64,000 bases of DNA from Candidatus Caenarcanales bacterium. Its GTDB lineage: Bacteria; Cyanobacteriota; Vampirovibrionia; Caenarcaniphilales; Caenarcanaceae. Of this stretch, positions 9,177-18,181 are shown piece after piece. The stretch lies in assembly GCA_041737745.1 (NCBI GenBank), contig JBGSRC010000007.1:92678-156677 (forward strand). The letters are read 5' to 3'. The notes beneath the pieces were generated by a model. That model saw only the letters and a list, made by a program, of their open reading frames with translations, was not told where the DNA came from and made no database searches. Numbering within the stretch: the stretch's first letter is position 1; each line of letters begins with the position of its first letter. A program made the translations under genes and the position numbers.

Positions 9177-10720
9177 ATCACTAGTTGGTCTTCGGTTACT
9201 TGGGTGCTGGTCGCTTGCAGTTGACAGACACGGTTGAGGGCATTGAGGTAAGCTTTGGCGCAAGCTTTCAGGATGTCAGTGTCTGTCCCATAGCCGCTGA
9301 AGACGCGGTTTTGGTATTGGACGCGGATGGTGACTTCGCCTTGGGCGTCTATGCCTTCGGTGACTGAGCGTACCGAAAACTCAATCAGTTCATTGGGGAT
9401 GCCCACTAGTTCTTTGATCGCCTGATAGACGGCGTCAACAGGACCTGTCCCGAGAGCTGATCCTCTGAGACTGCTTTTGTCTTCATGGCGAAACAGTGAC
9501 ACTGAAGCAGTTGGCAAGCCAGACCCACAGGCAATGAGCAAACTCTCTAAACTGAAAAATGTCTCTGTGACCGTTTCACGTTGTCTTTCGTCGATCAGCG
9601 AGATCAGATCGCGGTCAGCTACGTCTTTCTTCTTGTCGGCTAGGTCTTTAAAGGCTTTATAGGCTAGTTCCAGTTCGTCTTCGGTGAGGGCATAGCCCAG
9701 CTCGGCTAGGCGGTTTTTGAGGGCATGCTTGCCGGAACGGGGACCTAGCGGTAGCTTATTGGTTTTCAGGCCGATCTCGGCTGGATCGATGATCTCGTAG
9801 GTGCTGCGATGTTTGAGGACGCCGTCTTGGTGTATGCCCGATTCGTGGGCAAAGGCGTTTGCGCCCACTATTGCTTTGTTCTTCTGAACGGCAAAACCAG
9901 TGAGGTTGCTCACTAGATGGCTGACTCTCGCTATCTGGGTACTATCGACGTCGCTTCTCAGCTTTAAGAGATCTCCTCGTTTTTTGAGGATCATCACGAT
10001 CTCTTCTAGGGCGCAGTTGCCGGCTCGCTCTCCTAGCCCGTTGATGGTGCATTCGACTTGGCGGGCTCCAGCAGAAAGGGCAGCTAGTGAGTTGGCTACA
10101 GCTAGCCCCAGATCGTTATGACAATGCACTGAGATCACAATCTGCGGATCTATCTGTGCTTTGAGAAAGACGATCAGTGAACTGAACTCATCTGGAGTGA
10201 TAAAGCCGACTGTGTCGGGAATGTTGATAGTTTTAGCGCCAGCTTGAATGGCTGTCTGCACTAGCTCTAACAGAAAGTGACGGTCTGCTCGTCCGGCATC
10301 TTCGGGGGAAAATTCGATATCTGAGACTAGACTAGCGGCGAAGCCGACCATTTTTGCGGTCTTTTCGAGGCATTGTGCTTTGGTGATTCTTAGTTTGTGC
10401 TCTAGATGAATATCAGACGAGCCGATGAAGGTATGAATGCGCGGTTTTTTTGCTTTTTGGAGGGCTTTGTAGGCCGTGTTTATATCGGCTTCGGTGGCAC
10501 GGGCTAGAGCGCAGATTGTGGTGTCTGCTATTTCGCTAGCTATTTGTTCTACGGCGGCAAAGTCACCGGGGCTGGAGTAGGGAAAGCCCGCTTCGATGAT
10601 GTCAACGTTGAGTTTAGCTAGAGCGTGAGCTATTTGTAGTTTTTCGGTACGGTTGAGGGTTGCTCCGGGAGATTGTTCTCCGTCTCTGAGTGTTGTATCG
10701 AAGATTAGGACTTTGTCCAT
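9161..10720 (-). CDS. leuA: 2-isopropylmalate synthase
   Basis: MDKVLIFDTTLRDGEQSPGATL...HCHNDLGLAVANSLAA, plus the C-terminal LeuA regulatory domain. Confidence 0.9.
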   Translation of the reverse strand: MDKVLIFDTTLRDGEQSPGATLNRTEKLQIAHALAKLNVDIIEAGFPYSSPGDFAAVEQIASEIADTTICALARATEADINTAYKALQKAKKPRIHTFIGSSDIHLEHKLRITKAQCLEKTAKMVGFAASLVSDIEFSPEDAGRADRHFLLELVQTAIQAGAKTINIPDTVGFITPDEFSSLIVFLKAQIDPQIVISVHCHNDLGLAVANSLAALSAGARQVECTINGLGERAGNCALEEIVMILKKRGDLLKLRSDVDSTQIARVSHLVSNLTGFAVQKNKAIVGANAFAHESGIHQDGVLKHRSTYEIIDPAEIGLKTNKLPLGPRSGKHALKNRLAELGYALTEDELELAYKAFKDLADKKKDVADRDLISLIDERQRETVTETFFSLESLLIACGSGLPTASVSLFRHEDKSSLRGSALGTGPVDAVYQAIKELVGIPNELIEFSVRSVTEGIDAQGEVTIRVQYQNRVFSGYGTDTDILKACAKAYLNALNRVCQLQATSTQVTEDQLVIGERV

Positions 10721-10784
10721 GCTCTATTTAGTTTGTCAGTAATTCTTCCATTCTCTCACAGAGTGCTTCCGTCACAAAAGAAGC

Positions 10785-11423
10785 TTAAGCGCAGTTGTTT
10801 TGAAGCAGCTCAGCAGTCTCTTCACCAAAAAGCTTGGCAGAGATCCCAGACCAAAGATCAGTCCCAACGATCGAGGATGAAGGCTCAAGACTATAACGTA
10901 GAGCATCACGCAAACGAACAAAAGCTAAATAATTTGCCCGATCGGCAGCAGATGAACCTAAAAGTTCATTAATGCGTTCAAGTTCTTCAAGCGGTCTTTC
11001 TTGATCGAGAAAGCTACTGAGTCCAAGTATGTACTTGCTCTTGGCGTCTAAGTCCTGAAAAGCTGGATCCAGACTGAAAAACTGGGGAGAATAGTGACTA
11101 TCGAGCTTGGCCGAAATACCAGCCCAAAGGTCTTCAGACTCTAGAGCCTCCGGCAACTGAGCGCAAAGCGGTAAAACACGGTCGAGAGGACTGACTAGAT
11201 CTAGCTTGCCTTGAAGCTCAGGCCAAAGATCGAGGGACTCCAAAGCGCTGGGCAAAGGAGCAAGAGTCTGGAGGGCTTGGTCTAGTTGCTGCTCTGAGGT
11301 GGTCAATGAGCCTTCGAGGCTGTCCCAAAGATCGTATTGGGGGCAATTGGCGAAGGCTTTTTGCAAGGCTTGATTGAGCAGGTCACCCTCTTGGTGATTG
11401 GTGGATTGTCCGTTTGAGTTCAT
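10785..11423 (-). CDS. putative cytoplasmic anti-sigma factor with four internal DLW-x-(G)ISAKL repeats
   Basis: Lies immediately downstream of the ECF sigma gene with a 4-nt start/stop overlap. The motifs DLWDSLEGSL, DLWPELQGKL, DLWAGISAKL and DLWSGISAKL resemble the RskA/ChrR-type anti-sigma N-terminal motif, here repeated four times. No TM helix. Confidence 0.4.
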   Translation of the reverse strand: MNSNGQSTNHQEGDLLNQALQKAFANCPQYDLWDSLEGSLTTSEQQLDQALQTLAPLPSALESLDLWPELQGKLDLVSPLDRVLPLCAQLPEALESEDLWAGISAKLDSHYSPQFFSLDPAFQDLDAKSKYILGLSSFLDQERPLEELERINELLGSSAADRANYLAFVRLRDALRYSLEPSSSIVGTDLWSGISAKLFGEETAELLQNNCA

Positions 11424-12070
11424 ATCGAATAGCTGGAAGTGGCTGTGGTGTAGATTTTGCTATTTGGGTTTTTGGGGGCTTTATCCACATAATTTTTGAG
11501 CATTATTTGGAGGCGGGCCCGAGCTCTTGCTATTCGAGATTTGACAGTTCCGAGCTCACAATTGAGCGTTTCGGCAATCTCTTCATAACTTAGCCCTTGT
11601 AACTCTCTTAGAACAATCACCACTCTAAATTGTTCCGGCAATTGATCCATTGCTCTACGGATAAATCCAGCTAGTTCATTGTTGAGTACCAGCTCGTCTG
11701 GACCTTGCGCTAGATCGGGGAATTCTCTGACCTGTTCTTCATCTTCATCGATGGTCTTGTCGAGCGAGACCGTTTCTAGCTTGCGGGGACGTTTACGCAG
11801 CTCATCGTAAAATAGATTGACGGTGATTTGATTCAGCCAAGCCCGAAAAGTCTTGGGATTACGCAGATTTCCGATATAACGATAAACCCGTATAAACACT
11901 TCTTGAGCCATGTCAGGGAGATTTTCCCATTCAGGGGCCAGCTGATAGAGCATGGAGATAACGATTTTTTGGTAACGACGCACAAGTGCTTCTAAGGCTT
12001 GGCGATCGCCGGTTTGGCAATGTTCTACTAATTCATAATCGGCGAGTTCTAAATATTCGGCTTTATTCAA
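11420..12070 (-). CDS. ECF-type RNA polymerase sigma-70 factor
   Basis: Region 2 (FIRVYRYIGNLRNPKTFRAWLNQITVNLFYDELRKR) and region 4 HTH (LRELQGLSYEEIAETLNCELGTVKSRIARAR). Confidence 0.85.
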   Translation of the reverse strand: MNKAEYLELADYELVEHCQTGDRQALEALVRRYQKIVISMLYQLAPEWENLPDMAQEVFIRVYRYIGNLRNPKTFRAWLNQITVNLFYDELRKRPRKLETVSLDKTIDEDEEQVREFPDLAQGPDELVLNNELAGFIRRAMDQLPEQFRVVIVLRELQGLSYEEIAETLNCELGTVKSRIARARARLQIMLKNYVDKAPKNPNSKIYTTATSSYSI

Positions 12071-13884
12071 GGTTTTAACCCGGGCAAGCGATCTTCTCTA
12101 ATATAAAATCGTAGCAGATCGCTAACATAAGCGCCTAAACCCTCTATGTCAAGACTTTGTTCGGCTATTAGTATTTTTTGTTGACAAAAAGCAAACTGCT
12201 CAGCACCTAACTTGATTGCATCTTTTGCTGTGCAAATCAAAAAATCGTTTTCTGCCGCCAAAGTTTCTAGATCTGACGGGATGTAGCGGTGGTGATCGGG
12301 GTAAGAAATGCTGCTTATTGTCTGCAACTTTGCTCGCTCCAAGGAGCTATAAAACTGTCCCGGATTTCCGAGGGCGCAAAAAGCACTGAGTTTTTTACCA
12401 TGAAGCGCTGCTGGGTTCACCCTCTCTTGGTTTGATAGCCGCTTGAACCCGTCCAGTTCAGCTTTGAGCTCGAAGACTTTCGCATTTGGGGCATACTTAG
12501 CCACCTGCTCCAGTAAAAAACGGCGCCGGATCTCACTGGCCTCTGGCCTGGTCAAAACAACGATCTGAGCGCGCGCCAAAGCCCCAAAAGACTCTCTTAG
12601 ACTACCTAAAGGTAACAGCTCTACCCCAAAACGATCGGCACAATCTAAAAGACAGATATTAATATTTCTAGCCAGCGCTAGGTGCTGAAAGCCGTCATCG
12701 AGCAGGATTAGCTTATATCTTGCACTGAGTGCAGTGGCCGCTTTCACTCTATCCGGAAAGACACAGACTGGCACTGGTGCTAGGGTTTTGGCGATCAGGG
12801 CTGGTTCGTCTCCATAAAAGAGGGCGTTTTCGGGCTTGTCTGTTTCTAGGACTTTAGGTTCTGTCAGTTTCGCTTTGCCGCCATAGCCTCGACTTAAGAT
12901 CACCAGCTCTTCCGCTTTTAGTTCATCGGCTAGCAGATATTTGGCTAAGTTCATCAATACTTCCGTCTTGCCGCTACCGCCCACGCTTAGGTTTCCGATA
13001 CAGACTACACAGGCTGGCACGCTTGTTTTTTTGGTGAAGCGTTCTTTGAGACTGACGATCAGGCCATAAATTCCCTGTATGGGTTTTAGCAGGCGTCTAA
13101 GTAGAAGAGAGCGGGGATATGATGTTTTTTCGCCTTTTGAAAGAGTCCGCAGATGAATGTACTTTTGATAAGTAGCTCTAGCAAAGCCCCAGCAGAGTTT
13201 CAGCCCGAGCCAACCATCGAGAAAGCCCAGTCTGAAAAAATAACGCAAACAAAAGTTAAATAATCCCTGCCAATAGGCCTCCAACAAATCAGCCCGTCCA
13301 GCAAGGGCAAAGCGCCCCTCGGCTACTTGCTTGGCGTATTTGTCTTGTTTGGTCTGAAAGATCTCTAAATTAGCCCACGGTTCATGTAGGATCTTCAAAT
13401 TCAGCGCTTGCTCTTCACCGTCTACTGCGATCAGCTCATGAATACCGGAACCGGTGAAGCGTCCAGAATCTCGCCTAAAGAGTCTCAGTTTGCGGTCTGG
13501 ATAGAGGCCACAACCGCGAATCGCTTTGCCTTGAAAGAGATTTAGCCGAGGGAAGCTGAAGCCTAGAGCACCCCCAAAGCGCTGTTCAAGAAAGCGTCTG
13601 TCTTGGAGAAAAACTTGGAGCTCAGCTGAGAGCCATTCGTCGGCGTCGAGAGAGAGAATCCATTCAGTTTCGCAGAGATCTAGGGCCGCTTGTTTTTGCG
13701 CTCGATAGTTATCAAAATCCCTAAAATATACTCTTGCGCCCAGAGCTTGGGCTAGCTTTACCGTTTCATCTTCGCTACCGGAATCGAGCAGCAGCATTTC
13801 GTCGCAGCAGTTTTTTAGGCTTTCTAGGCAGCGGGTGATATTCTTCTCTTCGTTTTTGGTGATGATGATGGCGGTGAGTTGCAC
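12067..13884 (-). CDS. lpxK: fusion protein: N-terminal family-2 glycosyltransferase plus C-terminal tetraacyldisaccharide 4'-kinase (LpxK)
   Basis: N-terminal AIIITKNEEKNITRCLESL...DSGSEDETV (GT2 fold); C-terminal VVCIGNLSVGGSGKTEVLMNLAKYL (LpxK P-loop). 605 aa total. Confidence 0.7.
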   Translation of the reverse strand: MQLTAIIITKNEEKNITRCLESLKNCCDEMLLLDSGSEDETVKLAQALGARVYFRDFDNYRAQKQAALDLCETEWILSLDADEWLSAELQVFLQDRRFLEQRFGGALGFSFPRLNLFQGKAIRGCGLYPDRKLRLFRRDSGRFTGSGIHELIAVDGEEQALNLKILHEPWANLEIFQTKQDKYAKQVAEGRFALAGRADLLEAYWQGLFNFCLRYFFRLGFLDGWLGLKLCWGFARATYQKYIHLRTLSKGEKTSYPRSLLLRRLLKPIQGIYGLIVSLKERFTKKTSVPACVVCIGNLSVGGSGKTEVLMNLAKYLLADELKAEELVILSRGYGGKAKLTEPKVLETDKPENALFYGDEPALIAKTLAPVPVCVFPDRVKAATALSARYKLILLDDGFQHLALARNINICLLDCADRFGVELLPLGSLRESFGALARAQIVVLTRPEASEIRRRFLLEQVAKYAPNAKVFELKAELDGFKRLSNQERVNPAALHGKKLSAFCALGNPGQFYSSLERAKLQTISSISYPDHHRYIPSDLETLAAENDFLICTAKDAIKLGAEQFAFCQQKILIAEQSLDIEGLGAYVSDLLRFYIREDRLPGLKP

Positions 13885-13960
13885 TGGTTGTTTAGAGAAG
13901 AGCCCAATAGTTTGTTTATCCTACTACTTGAAGTTGTTTGTCTTACTGGAGGTTATTTGA

Positions 13961-14280
13961 GTTAAAAGCTATGAGAGGGCTAGCGCCCCCTCAAACTCCC
14001 CCAGCTTGAGCTTTCAGCGTTTTTTCTTGAGGGGCTTTGCCTATTCAAGATTCAAGGAGGCGTTGGGGAGGGGCTCTTAGGCTCACTTTCAGTTACTTGA
14101 AATATTGACCATGAGAGGGCTTTCTTTGTCGCTAGACTCTTGCTACGCAGCCCTCAAACTCCCCCAGATTGAGCTTTCAGCGTTTTCTTGAGGGGGGCTT
14201 TGCCTGTTCAAGATTGAAGGGGGTTTGGGGGCGAAGCCCCCCATTATTAACTCAACTCAAACAACCTCCAGTGAGCAATC
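13961..14280. repeat. tandemly duplicated ~140-bp intergenic repeat unit (two copies) built from GAGGGC..GCCCTCAAACTCCCCC, GCTTGAGCTTTCAGCG and GGGGGTTTGGGGGCG modules
   Basis: Copy 1 at 13969-14110 and copy 2 at 14111-14275 align over most of their length. Copy 2 carries a 29-bp insertion (tttctttgtcgctagactcttgctacgca) inside the hairpin loop. Confidence 0.7.
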
Positions 14281-14288
14281 AAGCTTGC

Positions 14289-14978
14289 TCAATCTAAACT
14301 TTTGGCAAAATCACAATGACTGACCAGATAACACTCCGCACAAACGGGCTTGCGTGCCCTACAAACACTGCGTCCCAACTCGATCAAACCCAAATGCCCA
14401 TAATAAGCCAAATCCCCGCACACCAGAGGCTGCAATAATCTATGCGCCCGATCAGAAGAGATCTGAGTAGCCGGAAAGATCTGACCTAAACGTCCCATCA
14501 CCCGAAAAAGATGAGTGTCAATTGGGAAAGTATCGCGCCCCTTAGCAAACATCAACATACAAGAAGCAGACTTGATCCCAATCCCTCGGATCGACGTCAG
14601 ATAATCGAGGGCCTCTTGGTTACTTAGCTTGTCCAGAAAAGTCATCTCGATTTCTAGATCATAATCTCGATCGAGCGCTCTCAATAAATTCAAGATATAG
14701 CCAGCCTTGGTGGGGGCTAGACCACAAATTTTGATCTTATCGGTGAGCGACCTTACATCATCTTCCGCCAGCATCTCGGCGTAACCACCAGCGTAGCTAG
14801 CTTTCAGGGTCACGAAAGCACGATCAGAGAGCTCGTCAGTGGTGGACTGGTTCAAGACCAGTAACACCAAAAGATCCAGTGCTTTATGCTTAGAATTTCG
14901 CCTTTCTATTAAATCCGGATTTTTGGCGTGGACTAGTTTCAAAATCTTGGTGAGACGTCTCTTAAGGGCTGTTGACAT
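14289..14978 (-). CDS. endonuclease III-like HhH-GPD DNA glycosylase with [4Fe-4S] cluster loop
   Basis: HhH motif with catalytic Lys (IRGIGIKSASCML) and Asp (FPIDTHLFRV); C-terminal C-X6-C-X2-C-X5-C (CRARKPVCAECYLVSHC). Confidence 0.75.
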   Translation of the reverse strand: MSTALKRRLTKILKLVHAKNPDLIERRNSKHKALDLLVLLVLNQSTTDELSDRAFVTLKASYAGGYAEMLAEDDVRSLTDKIKICGLAPTKAGYILNLLRALDRDYDLEIEMTFLDKLSNQEALDYLTSIRGIGIKSASCMLMFAKGRDTFPIDTHLFRVMGRLGQIFPATQISSDRAHRLLQPLVCGDLAYYGHLGLIELGRSVCRARKPVCAECYLVSHCDFAKSLD

Positions 14979-14980
14979 AC

Positions 14981-15766
14981 CTAGGATCTGTACACTGAGA
15001 CAAACTCGAGACCGGTTTCGGCTTTCAGTTTTTGCTCCAGAGCTTGCGCTTCTTCTGGGCTGATCGTTTTGAGAATTCTGGTTTCTAGCTCTTCCGGAGG
15101 TTTCTCATTGCCGCGATTTTCCCGGGTCCAGCTTAGGGGATAGGGTCTGGTCGGTGTATTTAGCTGCACGCTGTCCGGTTTCAGTTCACGCAAAAATTCT
15201 ATAAAGCCTTCGCTTTCCTCAAGATTTGCCGGCATGAACATCATTTGCAGATCGATCTTTCCAGCATAGTTCTGACGTAGTGAGAGAATTCCAGCCTTGA
15301 TGCTTTGGATACTGACACCGGCCGCTGGTCTATTGATCAGTGCTAGCAATTTATCGGTTGGGGCATCGAGTTTGCAGATCACCCGATCGAAGCTCTGCAA
15401 GTCTGCTTGCACTGCTGGATCTTGCAGCAGGGTGGCGTTAGTGAGAGCGAGGAGGGGTTTGTTGGGGGTCAATGCTTTGATTTCTCTTGCCATCTCGCCA
15501 AGATTTAGGGCTAGAGTCGGTTCACCGTTGCCCGAGAAGGTGATCACATCGAAAGGGACTCCGGTAGCCAGCATTTCCCGGAAATCATCGAGTACTTTGC
15601 TCGTTTCGACGAAGATTTGGCGTTGGGCCGTTACTTTTTGGATGTTGCCGAGTTGGCAATAGATACAATTGAAGGAGCAAATCGAGCTCACAAAGATCGG
15701 GTCTACGCCGAGAGATTGGCCGAAGCGCCAGGATTTAACGGGACCATAGATCGTTTTTTCGCTCAC
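14981..15766 (-). CDS. radical SAM domain protein (function unknown)
   Basis: CxxxCxxC motif CSFNCIYCQLG near the N-terminus; 2 nt upstream of, and co-oriented with, the EndoIII-like gene. Confidence 0.75.
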   Translation of the reverse strand: MSEKTIYGPVKSWRFGQSLGVDPIFVSSICSFNCIYCQLGNIQKVTAQRQIFVETSKVLDDFREMLATGVPFDVITFSGNGEPTLALNLGEMAREIKALTPNKPLLALTNATLLQDPAVQADLQSFDRVICKLDAPTDKLLALINRPAAGVSIQSIKAGILSLRQNYAGKIDLQMMFMPANLEESEGFIEFLRELKPDSVQLNTPTRPYPLSWTRENRGNEKPPEELETRILKTISPEEAQALEQKLKAETGLEFVSVYRS

Positions 15767-15845
15767 TCTAATAGTTTAGATCACCTGTGAGAACTAGCTC
15801 TTACCTCATTAGCAATACTTCCCTGACCTACAGTGAGTACTAAGC

Positions 15846-16565
15846 TTATGCATACTCAAAATACTTCCGGGCATTCTCATAATGATCTCCGCCAGGGGCA
15901 AATTTGCTTAAAGCACTAGCTACCGAAGTTCCATTACTATCAGAAGAGTTGAGATTGCCGCCAGCGCTACCAGTCAAAATAGCCGCATAAATCCGATCCG
16001 CTCCATCTCCAGGCTTCACTCCGCGCTCTTTGAGAAAAGACACAACAGGGCCTTTCACTTGCTCTTCGAAAGTCATACCCGGTCTAACCCCATGAGCAGC
16101 TCTTTCCGGAATCCCAAACTGGATCAAACCGCGATAATTGCCACCGTCTCCACCCTTAATATCAGGATTGAAAGTACCAGCAGACTCAAAGGAAATGATT
16201 GCGCCTAGAACCCGAGGATCTACGCCTACACTTTGGGCGGCTTCTTCAAGTGCTTGCCGTTTCTTCGCTTTATCCGAATCATTGCCGGTAGGATTTAGGC
16301 GAGCAATCGGTCCACCAGAGCCAGAACTCGATGACCGGAAAGGAGTAGATCCACCACCACCCCAGCTAGCCGGAACGGCTCTGTAGCCATCGATGCCATT
16401 TGCCCCTATTAGTGGAACAGTATTATTGCCCCCACCCTGAGTGTCGCCAGAGTTAGCTTGGGGATTTAGTTTTATATCGATCTTGACGGCGTTGGTCTTG
16501 GAGTCTTGAAGGATATTGATTTTTAGATTTTCTAGAGCCATAGGAGTAATGCAGTAAACCCTCAA
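15846..16565 (-). CDS. glycine-rich hypothetical protein, possible lysozyme-like/transglycosylase-like C-terminal region
   Basis: Gly/Ser-rich N-terminal half; C-terminal ISFESAGTFNPDIKGGDGGNYRGLIQFG loosely resembles the ES..NP...GLMQ motif of SLT-type transglycosylases. Weak. Confidence 0.3.
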   Translation of the reverse strand: MRVYCITPMALENLKINILQDSKTNAVKIDIKLNPQANSGDTQGGGNNTVPLIGANGIDGYRAVPASWGGGGSTPFRSSSSGSGGPIARLNPTGNDSDKAKKRQALEEAAQSVGVDPRVLGAIISFESAGTFNPDIKGGDGGNYRGLIQFGIPERAAHGVRPGMTFEEQVKGPVVSFLKERGVKPGDGADRIYAAILTGSAGGNLNSSDSNGTSVASALSKFAPGGDHYENARKYFEYA

Positions 16566-16630
16566 TATTTATTCTAAAGAGCAATTATTAAGCTTCCATT
16601 CACGACCTGCTAGCTTATGATAGAACTCTT

Positions 16631-17809
16631 ATGACTAGCCCTCTCCGAGCGACCACCAAGCTTATCTTAGACAAAACTCTCGCTCTTCTCCTGCTGGCTT
16701 ATCTGCTCTCGCTCTTCCTCTCCACAACTGCTCAGGGGGTGATCTTTGTTTTGGGTTTTGGCTGCTGGCTAATCCGAGCTTTCTTTGCTGCTCCTAGAAA
16801 ATTTCTACTAGGCGATCTGGCTGTTAGTCTGCTTCTACTGGTGAGCTTGGGCTTGGCTTTCTTTCATGGTGAAAAGCAGTTGTTGATAGTTCTCAAAGAT
16901 CATCTGCGCTTATTCTTTCTCTGGTTTTGGGCTTGTGATGTCTTGCTGGCCTTGAGACCTAGCAAAAGATCTTGGGCTGCTTTGGCTGTGCTTTGTTCGG
17001 GCGCTCTGATCGGTCTTTTGGCTTTCGCCCAATCATTGGGTTTTTTGCTGGTATCGCCGCATGGCCCATCGGGTCTGCATTATCAGCCCTATAGCACTGC
17101 TGGTTTGTTGCTATTTTGTTTGTTTTTTGGTTTGCATGAGTTGGATTCTTTGCCTCAGTATGCCCTTCGGGCAAGACCTAGGAGGCTTTTGCTTTGTGGA
17201 GTCCTTGCTTTTATTTTGCTCGGGCTAGTAGCTCTGGGGCAAAGAGCGGTGCTGCTTGGGGCTTTTGGGGGAGCTAGTATTTATTTTTTGCGTAAAAGTT
17301 GGCAACAATTCATTGCTCTCTTAGTTCTTAGTGGGCTTGGGGGCTTGCTTGCTTTTCAGTTTATTTCTCGTTTTCGAGATAAGCTCTTGCGCTCTCTCAG
17401 CCTACTCAGCGACAAAGTCGGTTTTGGTTGTCGTTTTGAGCTTTGGAAGGAGAACTTTGAGGCTTTTCGCCAGCATCCTGTTCTAGGGCTTGGCCATGTG
17501 ATCGTTTACGATTGTTTTGGCGATCGGCTTGGCCACACGCACAATGTTTTTTTGCAGCAGATGGTGCTTGGGGGTTTAGTTGGTCTGTTTGCTTTTTTGC
17601 AGTTTTTGGGGCATTTTGCTTTTCACTCTTTGCGTTTTCCTAGGCGTCACTTTGCTTTGTTTTGTTGTTTGGTGGCTTTTTGTCTTGAGGGACTTTTTGA
17701 GAATTGGTGGGGTGATGGGCGGGTGAATCAGATTTTTCTTTTGCTTTGTGTGTTGATTGAGGTTTTGCGGGTGAAGGAGGAGGGCAAAGCGGCTTTGTCT
17801 AGATTTTGA
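16631..17809 (+). CDS. O-antigen ligase (Wzy_C) family membrane protein
   Basis: Polytopic membrane protein with the periplasmic-loop signature GLGHVIVYDCFGDRLGHTHNVFLQQMVLGGLVGL. Confidence 0.7.
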   Translation: MTSPLRATTKLILDKTLALLLLAYLLSLFLSTTAQGVIFVLGFGCWLIRAFFAAPRKFLLGDLAVSLLLLVSLGLAFFHGEKQLLIVLKDHLRLFFLWFWACDVLLALRPSKRSWAALAVLCSGALIGLLAFAQSLGFLLVSPHGPSGLHYQPYSTAGLLLFCLFFGLHELDSLPQYALRARPRRLLLCGVLAFILLGLVALGQRAVLLGAFGGASIYFLRKSWQQFIALLVLSGLGGLLAFQFISRFRDKLLRSLSLLSDKVGFGCRFELWKENFEAFRQHPVLGLGHVIVYDCFGDRLGHTHNVFLQQMVLGGLVGLFAFLQFLGHFAFHSLRFPRRHFALFCCLVAFCLEGLFENWWGDGRVNQIFLLLCVLIEVLRVKEEGKAALSRF

Positions 17810-17840
17810 TTTTGGCTTGTTGTGTGCTAACCTTTTAGCG

Positions 17841-18170
17841 ATGAAAATTCAGAATGCCACCCCTAATTTTTCTCAGAAAAGCCAGACTGCAGGAAAGCTT
17901 TTCGGTTCTAGTCAAAAAGGCAATACCCCTGAGAGCAGACCCTTGATTGTCCTTAACGATACAGTTATCAATTATCCGAAGGGTGTAACTATTAACGCAA
18001 ACCTCATGCGCGGTTTTAAATTTGTTGACCTGGCTGCTTTGTACGGTAAAGTCAGGCGAGAAGAAGATAATGTCGACTTATACCTAGAGATGGTTTTAAA
18101 TAATGCCAAGATTAATGGCGATAACATGAATCTAGATATCAGATTCTTCCAACTTCGTGATCTTAGCTAA
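17841..18170 (+). CDS. hypothetical protein, MKIQ-N-terminus family member (AT-rich gene)
   Basis: The ORF track starts at 17817, but Met at 17841 gives MKIQNATPNFSQKSQ, similar to the MPIQ/MPIN N-termini at 28583, 42519 and 59959. Lower GC than its neighbours. Confidence 0.4.
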   Translation: MKIQNATPNFSQKSQTAGKLFGSSQKGNTPESRPLIVLNDTVINYPKGVTINANLMRGFKFVDLAALYGKVRREEDNVDLYLEMVLNNAKINGDNMNLDIRFFQLRDLS

Positions 18171-18181
18171 TCTCCCTGAGT

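Noticed and set aside
13885-14288. Possible tRNA, tmRNA or other structured RNA gene in the long intergenic regions (also 18626-18980 and 21587-22167)
   Set aside because: I found no cloverleaf-compatible sequence and no conserved tRNA features (T-loop GTTCRANYC, acceptor/CCA). The structure present is explained by the repeat modules. Small-RNA potential remains open and is covered under the repeat finding.
15297-15662. 121-aa plus-strand ORF inside the radical SAM gene; similarly 16138-16386, 19329-19556, 20016-20378, 20880-21269, 22279-22593, 22750-23193, 24077-24265, 24924-25178, 52789-53140 and 53189-53504
   Set aside because: These are antisense or alternate-frame shadows nested within well-supported homologous CDSs, with no independent evidence.
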